DNA of 50,018 nucleotides, counting the filler, from Jimgerdemannia flammicorona (lineage: Eukaryota): NCBI GenBank assembly GCA_003990765.1. It is 2 parts of 2 records of this genome, joined end to end, with 100 filler letters (N's around TTAATTAATTAA, not from the genome) between each part and the next. Parts side by side here need not be neighbours in the genome. Positions count along the whole stretch, not along the records: positions 25,065 to 50,018 come from RBNJ01000899.1; 1 more part is not named here. One strand, given 5' to 3'. The notes under the pieces are model-generated. The model saw only the letters and a list, made by a program, of their open reading frames with translations. It did no database searches and was not told the origin of the DNA. Below are positions 37,610-48,320 of this stretch, one piece after another. Position numbers and translations under genes: made by a program. Within the stretch, counting starts at the first letter, position 1. Every line of letters starts with the position of its first letter.

Positions 37610-38900
37610 CTACCTATCCCTTGCAAAAGATTGCCTAATCCTTATAAAAACTGCTCCACCCACCAGTCCCAGGCCTTGATGAGCCTATCATCTGTTATAA
37701 GTGTGACAACTATTATGTCTGAGCTCTCCTTAAAGGCGACAGTGCCATGGTGGTCATGTGGTTAGAAGAGGATGGCTGTGTTGGCTGCAAATGGGACCCC
37801 GAAACCATAGGTGAGATTGTACCAGACTCCTCCACTATCCTTCCAGATTGAGCCCTTCCTTTCTGAGATATAAAACATTACTGGGGTGACATTGTTGTCT
37901 GTATGTGTGGGCAGAGAAACATTGTACCTGATATATCCTGATGTGATATGAGCATACAGTTGGGTGAACCCTTGGTCTAGGACCTCATACTGCTAGGCTG
38001 TGCTGGTGGATGCCTGCCCTTGGTCCAGCCCCAAGAGCTCTAGCTTGAAAATCTGCTAAAACAGATGGCAACCAGTCAGTCCTTTTTGTGTGCAGAGAGA
38101 CAGAAACCCCCCAGGCCACAGAAATCCCCTGGACCACAGAAACCCCCAGGCTGTAGCACCCCAAAAAAGTGGAGCTCCTCACCTCATACAGTATGCTAAA
38201 TTGTGCTAAGAATGTATGTACAGCTGCACCAAGATCACCACCAAGCTGGTCTGCTATACACTCTACCAATCTGCTCAAAGAACCCCAGATCATAGCCACC
38301 ATTATCACACAGACCGTATCATGCTTGTGCGCAGTTTGCTCTTCAATAGCACTTCTAAAGTTCTGGTAGGGGTACAGAATCTTGTATATCCCTGAAATTG
38401 TATTAAAAAGAGTATGTTGGTGAAGAGTGTAATTTATCTGGGGAGGAGAAAAAAAAAAAAGAGAGATAAGTGCAGGGGATTTTGGAACTCTGGAACCCAC
38501 CCTTTGCCAGGGTTGAAGTATACCCAATTCCTATCCAAACCCCCCCTCCTTGCTTTTTTCGCCCCCTCTTTTCTGCCATCCAGTATTTGACACAATTCTC
38601 GCAAATCTCATTGATGTAGCAGCAAAGCTCATCACTGTAGAGGTTCCTTACCACCATTACAACCACCTCTCCATGTTCATTAATAAAGATATGGTTCTCT
38701 CTGTCATTGGTTACTTCTGCTGGCCAATGGACCCCTTGGTTGAGAACAATTAGCTCTAATTCGAATGTAGACCCCCAAGCCTTAGTGATGATACTAGTAC
38801 TGCTCATGCTGAACATCTTGCTCTCAAATTTCTCTATTTGATCAGATGCCAGATATGGTTGAACTTGGGTAACTTTGAACTCTCCTTTCCAATGGAACTG
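37610..38900 (-). pseudogene. TET/JBP-like 2OG-Fe(II) dioxygenase, multi-exon, disabled
   Basis: TSGYIRYNVSLPT-HTD-NN...GGVWYNLTYGFGVPFAANTAILF*PHDH-HGT: an HxD (37897-37905) and distal His (37741-37749) triad in a DSBH-like pattern. An upstream exon reads GGVWIGIGY. Confidence 0.6.
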
Positions 38901-38929
38901 AGCCCTGATCTGAGGGACTGAGATAAGTA

Positions 38930-39010
38930 TACAGATGGGTTATGTGTGGATAGGTTGCATGTGGATGGGTTGCATGTGAGTGAGTTGCATGTAGGCAGGT
39001 TGCATGTGGG
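38930..39010 (+). repeat. 14-bp tandem repeat (GGTTGCATGTGGAT) x~5
   Basis: Directly visible. Confidence 0.8.
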
Positions 39011-39319
39011 TGTGGGTGTTTTTTTAGAAGGAGACTATGTAAAAAATGAAATTAAATAAAACACAAAGATGAGTATTTCAGAAAAAGAGCATGAGTGAGT
39101 GAGTGAGTGAGCTGCAAGCCAATAAGTTATATACTGATGAGTTGCATGAGTTGCACAAGATTACTCATGAAGGCTTGCTTCTGTTCCTTTTGAGACCTCT
39201 GCCATACAATGTATTAACTCAACAGCTCAGTCACCAAAGGCATGCTCCACAATATCCTCCAACCTTTCTTCATCTTGATCAGATGTTGCAAATAAAGTTG
39301 GCAGATCTTGCCATAGAGC

Positions 39320-41188
39320 TGTAAGAGGGTTGCTATTTAAGATAACTGTTACATAGTTCTGGAAGGGTTTTCTGGAAGTTCTAGATGTTCTGGAAGACCG
39401 TTTTCTTATGGTCAAGATCAATTTCATATGGAGTATGTCCTCTACGCTTATTGATTTCAAGATCGGGTTGACATCTCAACCAAAGTCCTTTTCTCAGACT
39501 AGTTCTGGGTTTTCAGGATTTTCCATATTTCAGGAAGTTCAAGAAACTAAGACCAGTTTAGTTGAATTGGCATATCACTGCAGACAATACCTAAGTAGGA
39601 ATTTTTGTGACAGAGTTAGGAGTGGGACCTAACAGAGAGCAGATTTACTTAAGAGTGGTTTGTGGGTTATTAAATAGGTTTATTCGCTATTTATGATATT
39701 GCTATACTAGGAGTTGTTGTGTGAAGGGATATTGTGGAGAAGTGCTCAGGAGTTGTGTTTGGAATGTTCAAGTGTTCAAGTCTGAGATTCTGAGGTCTGG
39801 GGGAGGGGGTATTTATACTAGTGAGGGGCTATCTGGACTATACTTGATATAGATGTAGCACTAAGTGCTTTGCTGAGTTGGAATGCAGTCACATAGTACA
39901 AGTGTGATCTGATATGTCAAGAGATTGTCTGACTGCTGAGTCAGTTCACAGTCACATCATATAAGGCTAATCTAACTATACTATGACTGCTTAGGCTATT
40001 TATGGTTTAGGCATAGTCTGGGTAGTCCTCGATGACATTACCATCGATTGCATCATCTCTGATAAAGTAGTTATCTAGGAAGAGTAGTTTGCGGATTACT
40101 TCTCCTTGTTCACTGAGATAATAATACATTGGAACTTTGTCTCCATCCCACAAGATGGCATCATCAGTCTCATATGCTGGATAAGGTGTTGGTGGGTGAA
40201 GGAGGGGTGCATCATCTTCACTTTCATTGGATTCGCTGTCTGTATACCTTCTGTAGGTTACAGCACTATGAGTCGTAGGGTTATAGTAAGTGGGGGGCTG
40301 TGGTTCATGTCACTCATACTCAGATAGTGGAGTGGTTGGTTCAATCTCAAGGGTTGTCTGGAGGTACAGGTTGTGTTCTCCGGTTTCTTCATTGTAGTTG
40401 AAGTAATTAGGGGTAAAGGCGGGTTGGTATTCATACCAGTGGTCATTGTCCCAATAAGTCTCATATGCTATTATGAATTGTTATAAGTTCATTGGCAAGG
40501 TTGGCAGTATGATCAGGGTTGGCAGAGATCCTTGGCTAGAGGTCATGTCAGCATCAGAGGGATCATTGTCTTCTGCTTCATCTTCATCGAAGTGGATTAT
40601 ATCATAGATGTCCTTCATGGCATATCCAACTTGGGGCATTTGCAGGATGTGATCATTGGGGTGTGAGAAGGTTCTGTCTGTGGTTTTGATGTACTTGAGG
40701 TACTTGTGGTTGAGTTCTTGTATCATGTTGTTGATTTGGCCATAGGACAGGGTGGCAACCATTTCAGCTGTGGTAACTCAGAGGTGGGGAATAATGGTGC
40801 TATACTCATAAAAGAGTTCTCGATGTTTGTAGGCAATAAGCTTCTGATGTTGAGACATCTGGGTTATGTCTATATCATAGTAGTGTTTGATCATGTCTTC
40901 CAGGAGGTGGCCGATCTGGTAGTAGCTTGAGATTTGTCTGATTCGGTGGGCCTCGCTAAGCATGTTCAGAGCATTCCATCGGGCTTCTACAAAGTAGAGG
41001 GGTGCTAGGCTATGGATATTCATGAGGGGCAGAGGGGGTGTAGCTCAGTTGATAATGGCATTCCAAATGTCAGCATGGATATGGGTATAGATCTCGGTAG
41101 TCATATTTGTATGTTTTAGAAGTTGTAGTTGTTATTTGTTTTTGGTTCTCTGATTTGATGTATCTCAGTGCTCGGTATATATGCATTT
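39320..41188 (-). mobile_element. Family-2 LTR copy lacking ~200 bp of its 5' end; contains the LTR ORF at 40007-41104
   Basis: Reverse complement of ~44480-46328; ends CTCTTACA. Confidence 0.93.
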
Positions 41189-41925
41189 TGTAAGAGGGTT
41201 ACTTTTTAGGGTAGCCGTTACGTAGTTCTAGAAGGTTTTCTAGAAGTTCTGAATATTCTGGAAGACCGTTTTCTTATGGTCAAGATCAATTTTGTATGGA
41301 GTATGTCCTCTACGCTTATTGATTTCAAGATCGGGTTGACGTCTCAACCAAAGTCCTTTTCCGGACTAGTTCTGGATGTTCAGGATTTTCCGTATTTCAG
41401 GAAGTTCAAGAAACTAAGACCAGCTTAGTTGAATTGGCGTATCGCTGCAGATAATACCCAATTAGGAAATTTCGTGATGGGGTTAGGAGTAGGACCTAAC
41501 AGGGAGCAGATTTACTTAAGAGTAGTTTGTGGGTTATGGAATAGGTTTATTTGCTATTCATGATATTGCTATACTAGGAGTACTTGTGTGAAGGGGTATT
41601 GTGGGGAAGTGCTCAGGAGTTGTGTTCGGATTGTTCAAGTCTGTTCGAGTCTGAGATTCTGAGGTCTGGGGGAGGGGGTATTTATACTAGTGAGGGGCTA
41701 TCTGGACTATGCTAGATATGGATATAGCACTAAGTGCCTTGCTGAGTCGGAATGCAGTCACGTAGTATAAGTGTGATCTGACATGTCAAGAGATCATCTG
41801 ACTGCTGAGTCAGTTCACAGTCATGTCGTATAAGGCTAATCTAACTATATTATGACTGCTAGACTATTTATAGGTTTAGGTACTGTCTGGTTAGTCTTTG
41901 ATGACATCACTATTGATGACATTAT
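41189..41925 (-). mobile_element. Family-2 LTR 3' fragment, tandem to the previous copy
   Basis: Repeats 39320-40060 (TGTAAGAGGG...). Confidence 0.92.
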
Positions 41926-43544
41926 CACTAGCAAAGTCTGAGCAGTTTTCTGACTTCTGACATCATCAGTTTTCAAGATGTCGTCACTTCTATCTCTTGT
42001 AAGATTAAGACTATCCTTGGTGGCGGTGGTTGTACAAGAATAACAGGTCTTGGTTCTCTTTTTTTTTAGTCTGCTGGTGCATTTGCGAGGACTGGCCATT
42101 CTCGTCTAGGGCGAGGGCTCCCAATGTCGCGGCTGGGGGTTCGAATCTCTCAGAAATGATATTTTCTGTAATCCGAGGCAATTTCTAGTAGTAATATCTG
42201 TCACATGGATGGCTTGAGATTGGTTTCGATGTTGTCGGCTTTCTTGAGTTCAGATGAAGTATCCATCACTCTCCAACGGAGGTAGATGTACTTCCATCAG
42301 AACAGAATACACCTATACAGTAATAAACAGCTATCTATCAAGCCCTTACTCCAGACTCACAACTACTACTCCAGCAACTTACACAGACTCAAAGAACACC
42401 CTCACACTCTGCACCAGTACCTCAAGTAGTACCAGTAACATCACAACCAGCAGTCCAACCACCTCCAGTAAACAATATAGCAAACCAACAGATTTTAGAC
42501 CTTACAGCCTAGGTAGCGATAATGGCAACAACCATTACTGCCTTAGCCAAACAGACTCAACCTACCAAAAATCTGAGCCTACCTACCTTCAATGGTACTG
42601 CACAAGAAGTCCAAAGCTTTATTAGTGTAGTTGATACCAACTTTGAAGCCAATCAATGGACCAATGAGCGAGTTGCTGACTACATTCTGATAAATAATCA
42701 AGACCACACTCTGGAACAACTCTTTGCTACCACTACAGCCTATGTCTGCTGAGTTGTTACATTCTTCCAAGGACCTGCCGAAGAATGGTGGTGAACCCTT
42801 CCTGAAAAATCCCTCACATGAGATACCTGACCTGTAGTAGTTGCTCAGAATGCAGCAAACAATGTCCCAGGATATGGAGCCCATCCTGCAGCCCCTGGAC
42901 TCAAACAACTCATGATTGCTCAATACCACAATGAAACCATGATTGCTGAATCTCGAGTAAAACTCCACAACCTCAAATTTGATATACATGGCAAAGAAGA
43001 ATTTGAAACCTTCTGTACAAAACTCAAGTCACTCCTGAACACTGTTGGCCTAGGATATATTGCCAATGATGAAGTATGAAATGGTACAAGAGCAGACCAT
43101 TTATTTGATATACTGCCTGAATGGCTTATGAGAAAAATCCATAAACAAGGCCACTCAGTCAGTTGTGATCACCAACAATGATACCTAGTAAGAATCAAGA
43201 CTATGGTCAAGTGAATCCTAATAGCTGGACCAATTCTACCCTAAAGACAATTCAACAACAAGGAAAATACTTGGACCAAGAAAGAAGAACCCAAGCATGA
43301 AGCATCCCAAACTCCCTCCACATCCACTTCTTGGACACTCAGAAATCATGAATCCATACAGCTGAGTACCTTCAAGAAACTCACTGAAGGCAAAAGAAAT
43401 GAACTTCAAAGAAGTGGAGCATACTTCTATTGCTGAAAGACAGAACACATAGCCAGTACCTGCCCCAACTGAAAACTCTGAACAGCAATATGAGCAACTG
43501 TTATCACTCTGCACCACCTCAATAACCTGACCACCAGAATACTG

Positions 43545-43950
43545 GACTTTGTCAAGTTAAGGCAAACTGCCAAGGCCCAACCAAAGGAAGTCAAAAAGCA
43601 GCTGGATATGACCTATATGCAGCCAAAGAAGCTATAGTTTCCAACCGAGAAGTCAAGCAAGTCTACACAGGAATCAGTATCCAAATTCCTGAAGGATATG
43701 TTAGAAGAATATACTGTCACAGCAGTCTAGCATTGAAAGGACTCTCAGTAGAAGGAGGAGTTATTGATGAGGATTATACAGGCAAAATTATTGTCCTCAT
43801 CTGAAACCACAGTTGGACACTCTTCAAGATCCCTATTGATTTCTATATTGCCCAGATTTTATTCAAAAAAATCAAATCAACCCTGATAGTCAAGGAAGTC
43901 CCTGAACTACTGCCCACCATCTGAGGATCCAAAGGATTTGGCTCATCAAA
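43545..43950 (+). pseudogene. dut: Retroelement dUTPase domain (between gag and PR)
   Basis: AAGYDLYA, SSLALKG, GGVIDEDYTGKI, IAQI, *GSKGFGSS. Confidence 0.93.
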
Positions 43951-44273
43951 CAAGGCTCCAGTCCAACCTACTATGAATAAAGAAGAGCAATTCTATAAGA
44001 AAATTGAAGATGGATATGTACCAAGTGGCTGATGCCCTCATGGCATTGGAATGTACTCTTCCTGAATGATTGATGATTGCTTCTCTTGTGTCAATGAACT
44101 AACATAAAGAAGAATCAACAGAAGGAAAGCTCCTACAACTGAAATCACCACCATTGGATCAGACAAACTACTTACACTTAAAGCTTTTGTCAACCGAGCA
44201 CCTGTCAAGATTATGATAGACAGTGGTACCTCAGGCAACTTCATTAATGAAGAAATAGCCAATAGACTCAAGG

Positions 44274-46328
44274 TGTAGGTGCACAACCTCCAAGCCACTG
44301 AAATTACACGTCACTCTCTGAACAAGCCACTGAAATCTCACATGACCTCTGAACAAATCTGGAAATTACCTGCTTGATCACAAAGCTGAGTCAAACCAAA
44401 GTCACAGTGCACAAAGCTGAGTCAATACAAAGTCACAGAACACAAGAATTACATAAACAGAATCTTACCAATCAGGATCAAATGCATATGTACTGAGCAC
44501 TGAGACACATTAAATCAGAAGAACCAAAACAAACAACAACTACAACTTCCAAACACACAAATATGACCACCAAGATCTATACCCATATCTGCACTGACAT
44601 TTGAAATGCCATTGTCAACCGAGCCACACCCCCTCTGCCCCTCATGAATATCCATAGCCTAGCACCCCTCTACTTCGTGGAAGCCCAATGGAATGCTCTG
44701 AACATACTTAGTGAGGCCCACCAAATCAGACAAATCTCTAGCTACTACCAGATCAGCCACCTCCTGGAAGACATGGTCGAACACCACCATGATACAGACA
44801 TTACCCAGATGTCTCAACACCAGAAGCTCATCACCTGCAAACATCGAGAACTCTTCTATGAGTACAGTACCATTATTCTCCGCCTTCAAGTTACTATAAG
44901 CAAAATGGTTGCTACTCTGTCCTATGGCCAAATTGATGACATGATATAAGAACTCAACCAAAAGTACCTCGAGTATGTCAAAACCACAGACAGAACCTTT
45001 CCACACCCCAATAATTATATCCTGCAAATGCCCCAAGTTGAATATGCTATGAAAGACATCTACAATATAATCCACTTCGATGAAGACAAAGCAGAAGACA
45101 ATGATCCCTCTAATGCCGACATGACCTCTAGCCAAGGATCTCTGCCAACCCTAATCACTCTGCCAACCTTGCCAATGAACTTACAACAGTTCATAACTGC
45201 ATACGAGACATATTGAGACAATGACCACTGGTACGAATACCAACCCACATTCACCCCCGATTACTTCAACTACAATGAAGAGACCGGAGAACACAACCTA
45301 TACCTCCAGACAACCCTCGAGATTGAACCAACCACTCTACTACCTGAGTATGAGTAACATGAACCATAACTGCCAGCTTACTACAATCCTGCAACTCATA
45401 GTGCTATAACCTATAGAAGATATGCAGATAGTGAATCCAATGAAAGCAAAGACAATACACCCATCCTTCATCCATCAATACCTTATCCAGCCTACGAGAC
45501 AGACGATGCTATCCTGTGGGATGGAGATAAAGTCCCAATATATTACTACCTCAGCAAACAAAGAGAAGTAATCCGTGAACCACTCTTCTTAGATGACTAC
45601 TTCATCAGAGATGATACAATCGATGGTGATATCATCGAGGACTACCCAGACAGCACCTAAAACCATAAAATAGCCTAGCAGTCATAGTATAGTTAGATTA
45701 GCTTTGTACAATGTGACTGTGAACTGACTCAGCAGTCAGATGATCTCTTGACATATCAGATTACACTTATACTACATGACTATATTCTGACTCAGTAAGG
45801 CACTTAGTGCTACATCTATATTCAGCATAGTCCAGATAGCTCCTCACTAGTATAAATACCCCCTCCCCCAGACCTCAGAATCTCAGACTCGAATATACAA
45901 GAACATTTCTGAATACTTTTCCACAATATCCCTTCACACAACTACTCCTAGTATAGCAATATCATGAATAGCAAATAAATCTATTCAATAACTCACAAAC
46001 CACTCTTAAGTAAATCCACTCCCTGTTAGGTCCTACTCCTAACCCCATTACGAAATTTCCTAATTGGATATTGTCTGCAGCAATACACCAATTCAACTAA
46101 GCTGGTCTTAGTTTCTTGAACTTCCTGAAATATGGAAAATCCTGAACATCCAGAACTAGTCCGAAAAAGGACTTTGGTTGAGATGTCAACCCGATCTTGA
46201 AATCAATAAGCATAGAGGATGTACTCTATATGAAATTGATCTTGACTATAAGAAAACAGTCTTCTAGAATATCTAGAATACCTTTCCAGAACTACGTAAC
46301 AGTTATCCTAAAAAGCAACCCTCTTACA
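44274..46328 (+). mobile_element. Complete family-2 solo LTR (2055 bp) with 5-bp TSD CAAGG
   Basis: TGTAGG...CTTACA; CAAGG at 44269-44273 and 46329-46333; TATAAATA at 45851. Confidence 0.95.
44563..45660 (+). pseudogene. LTR (U3)-encoded protein of family 2, 365 codons, acidic C-terminus
   Basis: Single frame from ATG 44563 to TAA 45660, with point-mutation stops only. Identical 1098-nt length in the copy at 40007-41104(-). Confidence 0.75.
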
Positions 46329-47399
46329 CAAGGTCTTTACCTCTCTAGTACAACAAACTCAAGCAGTTGCCACAGCTGATAGAACCTCACATGTTATTAG
46401 CAAGGAAGTCTACAACTTACCCTTCTGAATTGAAGACTACTGAGTATATATTATCCTTTAGATCATACTACTCTCTGACAATGAAATCATCTTTGAAACC
46501 CTATGGTTGAAACAAGAGAACCTTATGATTGGTTGGGTAAACTATTCTCTGACCATCAAGAAAGGATGTCATAACTTCAAACTACAAGATGAAAAGGACC
46601 TACTCAATTCTAGTAACCCTGGACCAAAGATCACCCACATCAACAAGCTACAACTTAAGAAATTGGCCAAGAAATGTCCTCTCTTTGCTATCTCCATCTG
46701 TCCATCCAAAGGAGAACCCAAGAACTCTGAAGAAGACTTTTCCAAAGTTGACAGCCATATCAGACCACTACTCCAGAAAGCCCAAGATACATTTCTGAAC
46801 CAAACCACAGAACCACCTGTATCTGTCATTATTAATAACCAAGAATAATATAAAGTTGAACAAATCCTTAACAAACACAGCCACAAGAACCATCCAAATG
46901 GTACAACAACATCAGAACAAATTAGAAGGCCCTGATGAGGATATCAAAAGCTAAGAAGGGGAGAGTTGTAAGCACACAACCTCTAAGCCACCAAAATTGC
47001 ATGGCATCCTCAGAACTAATTTGGAAACCACATGCAAGACTACAAAACAAGTTACTGAAGAGATCATCTGGTTATATGGAATATGCCAGCAAGCATAAGA
47101 ACCCACTGCCAAGATACAAGAATACTAGAAGAAGTACTACAACTACAAGACTGACTCCAAACCACTATAACTAGTTTGGTATACTGTACTATTACAAAAG
47201 GAAACTGAAAGTACCAAACTCAAATTGAGATAAGAAGAACCCTATCTCATCTACCAAAAGGTTCACAAATTGTACTTATCAACTTAAGACCAAGATATAC
47301 TGTGACTATATAAGACCTCATTACTTAGCAGAAGTAAAACATATTTGAATAACTCTATTTGCTCTATTTGTATCACCTCTATTAGAGAGTGATGGATGC

Positions 47400-48320
47400 G
47401 GGGAAGGACTCCTTTTGCTCGAACCATTTAGAGCAAGCTAAGCTACACAGACATCTTTTTGCGACAAGCAACATGTTTTCAAGTTTTCCCGTCATCTATT
47501 CTGGTGTATAAGGTGTGGCAGGAGTCTAGCTACAGCATACAACAAGTCTCATTGATTTTGGTGGAGTTTTCATCGGATGGCAATCCAGGGTTCATCAAGC
47601 TCTGAGTGTTTGGAGAGAAGGAGGCCTGGTCTGGATCTCCCCAAGAGTTTTGCGGTGACAGTTGGAGCAGGTGTAGGGGCAGGAGGAGTAGGTGGTCAGG
47701 AGAGGCAGGCTGGTATTGCGAGTTGGCACACAGTGATGGGGGGCAGAAGGGTGGCTACTAGGCCCATGGGGGTAGGGTAGGGGGGGCATAGTGTTGACAG
47801 GGGTAGGAGTCAGGTGACCAGCCAGGTGACAGGTCAGGTGACTGGTCAGGTGCCTGCTAGGGGCCAGGGGTCCGGAAGTAGTGTGGCTGGGACTGGTATT
47901 CCTGGGGCTGGGCCGGTGGCTGGGATGACTGCTGGAGTGTTAGAGAACAAAAAGAAGGCGATGATGGCAGTTGGATCTGGTGAACTGGTGGTGCATCCCT
48001 TCTTCCACAAATCGGTGTCGACGTGGGCCATATCAGCAAATTTTTTGGGTCTGGGGATGTCTGCGAGGGAGGTCTTGCAGCTAGTTGGAGAGGAGATTGC
48101 AGGGGTGGAGTCACTGAAGTTCATCCCATCAGCTGAGGCGGTTGAGATAGGATTCGTCAAGGAGGAGGAGATGGTGAAGGCCTTGGAGAAAGGGCTGGTC
48201 ATCAAGAGCATCAAGGTTGGCATGGCAAGGTGCCTGAGGTGGGACCCGCAGGCAGTGCGACTGGTGATTGAAGGGCTGCCGACGTTGGGGAGACAGGAGA
48301 CCAAAGGAATGGTGGTGCAG
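47400..48320 (+). mobile_element. Non-LTR (LINE) ORF1-like fragment, truncated by the next element
   Basis: G-rich; RRM-like AVEIGF..EEMVKALEKGL..RCLRWDP..RLVIEGLP, paralogous to 48940-49200. Confidence 0.5.

Larger units (their letters stand above)
42290..47390 (+). mobile_element. Internally deleted Ty3/gypsy (chromovirus-like) element: gag-dUTPase-Zn motif-PR-[no RT/RH/IN]-chromodomain remnant-PPT-3' LTR start
   Basis: LPTFNGTAQEVQSFI gag; YFYC*KTEHIASTCP knuckle; dUTPase; MIDSGTSGNFI PR split by a solo LTR; PPVSVIINNQE**KVEQILNKH; PPT at 46953-46965; TGTAAG at 46967. Outer boundaries approximate. Confidence 0.85.

Noticed and set aside
42094..42158. tRNA-like sequence with GGTTCGAATC B-box and T-stem
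   Set aside because: I could not build a proper anticodon arm or 7-bp acceptor stem; tRNAscan-SE would settle it.
39320..46328. Large inverted repeat suggesting a TIR or DIRS element
   Set aside because: Explained by independent LTR insertions; the plus-strand copy has its own TSD inside another element's protease.
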